DNA from: Nageia nagi
Taxonomy: Eukaryota; Plantae; Pinophyta
Direction of reading: 5' to 3'
Length of the DNA: 64,000 bases
Assembly (NCBI GenBank): GCA_050084985.1
Contig: JBITNC010000002.1
Location: 31,434,001 to 31,498,000, forward strand
A program made the position numbers and the translations under genes. Shown here one piece after another: positions 63,501-64,000 of the stretch; positions within the stretch are counted from its first letter, which is position 1; each line of letters opens with the position of its first letter. The notes below the pieces were generated by a model, which searched no databases, was not told where the DNA came from, and saw only the letters and a program-made list of their open reading frames with translations.

Positions 63501-64000
63501 GGATTGGATCCAAAAAAATTGAGCACTCCTTACTAAATCATGAAATTGTTTTTACCTTATAACCTCCTCTTAAATAAACCTTGGATCCATGCTATGGAAA
63601 ATATTCCTTCCATTGTGCATAGGTGTATAAATTTTGGACAAAATGGTGTTATCTACAAGTACACAACATATGAAGAAACATACAAATATTGTCATGATGT
63701 TAGCTTGGAAATAACAGATCTTCACATGGTTCCTCATAATGAAATCCCACTCTATGAAATCACAAAACCTCCTTGTGGTAAAACAATAGACCAAACAAAA
63801 TGCAATCATATGGGAGAAAAAATCTTGAAAGAATTAGAAAATCAAACTTAGATTAGAGATATTAGCCAAAGATCCTACCTAACCAATAATTCTCAAATTC
63901 GAGAATCCTTGCATCTTCAACAGATCAAAAAATGGTACAAGGCTAGAGAATTGATCCATAAAGTTTGGTAGCCTATGGCTGTCCAAGACTCACCACATAC
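60550..64000 (+). mobile_element. 5' part of a decayed Tat/Ogre-like Gypsy element (LTR-like region, gag, protease), running off the right edge
   Basis: LTR-like region with TATA cctataaaagg (~60771). Gag remnant (GKGDPxxH-like, ~61965-61990). Protease KKVLVD...PYNLLLNKPWIHAMENIPSIVHRCINF (63330-63640). Left boundary approximate. Confidence 0.7.

Overview
AT-rich, strongly CpG-depleted eukaryotic DNA that looks like a large land-plant genome. It is most likely a gymnosperm, an inference from the retrotransposon types and the very long TE-filled intron. Most of the window is nested, decayed transposons. From left to right: (i) An old Ty3/Gypsy integrase remnant (723-733 + 21537-21985) hit by two LTR insertions about 6 bp apart. 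(ii) Minus-strand LTR element A (734-21536, TSD AGAAG) with no recognisable RT or integrase, but a decayed coiled-coil ORF starting with the myristoylation-like motif MGSNVSK. (iii) Nested in A, a near full-length Tat-clade Gypsy (element C) with domain order gag-PR-aRH-RT-RH-INT and a ~3.7-kb extra 3' ORF. (iv) Element B (22708-~39049), sharing A's LTR and leader but with different internal cargo. It contains a tandem array of ~425-bp fold-back units and a Copia (28191-35079, TSD TAGTT). (v) hAT transposase debris and a probable solo LTR. (vi) The 3' coding exons of a minus-strand host Sec14-nodulin (SFH-like) gene, whose 7.7-kb intron holds a second Copia with an open gag and a filler-marked integrase deletion. 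(vii) A 433-bp hAT MITE with an 8-bp TSD, and the 5' part of another Tat/Ogre-like Gypsy. There are no rRNA, tRNA or CRISPR features. The most unusual items are the hairpin array with an inverted last spacer and the A/B pair sharing LTRs but carrying different non-pol cargo. All calls are by-eye alignments and translations; no database search was run.
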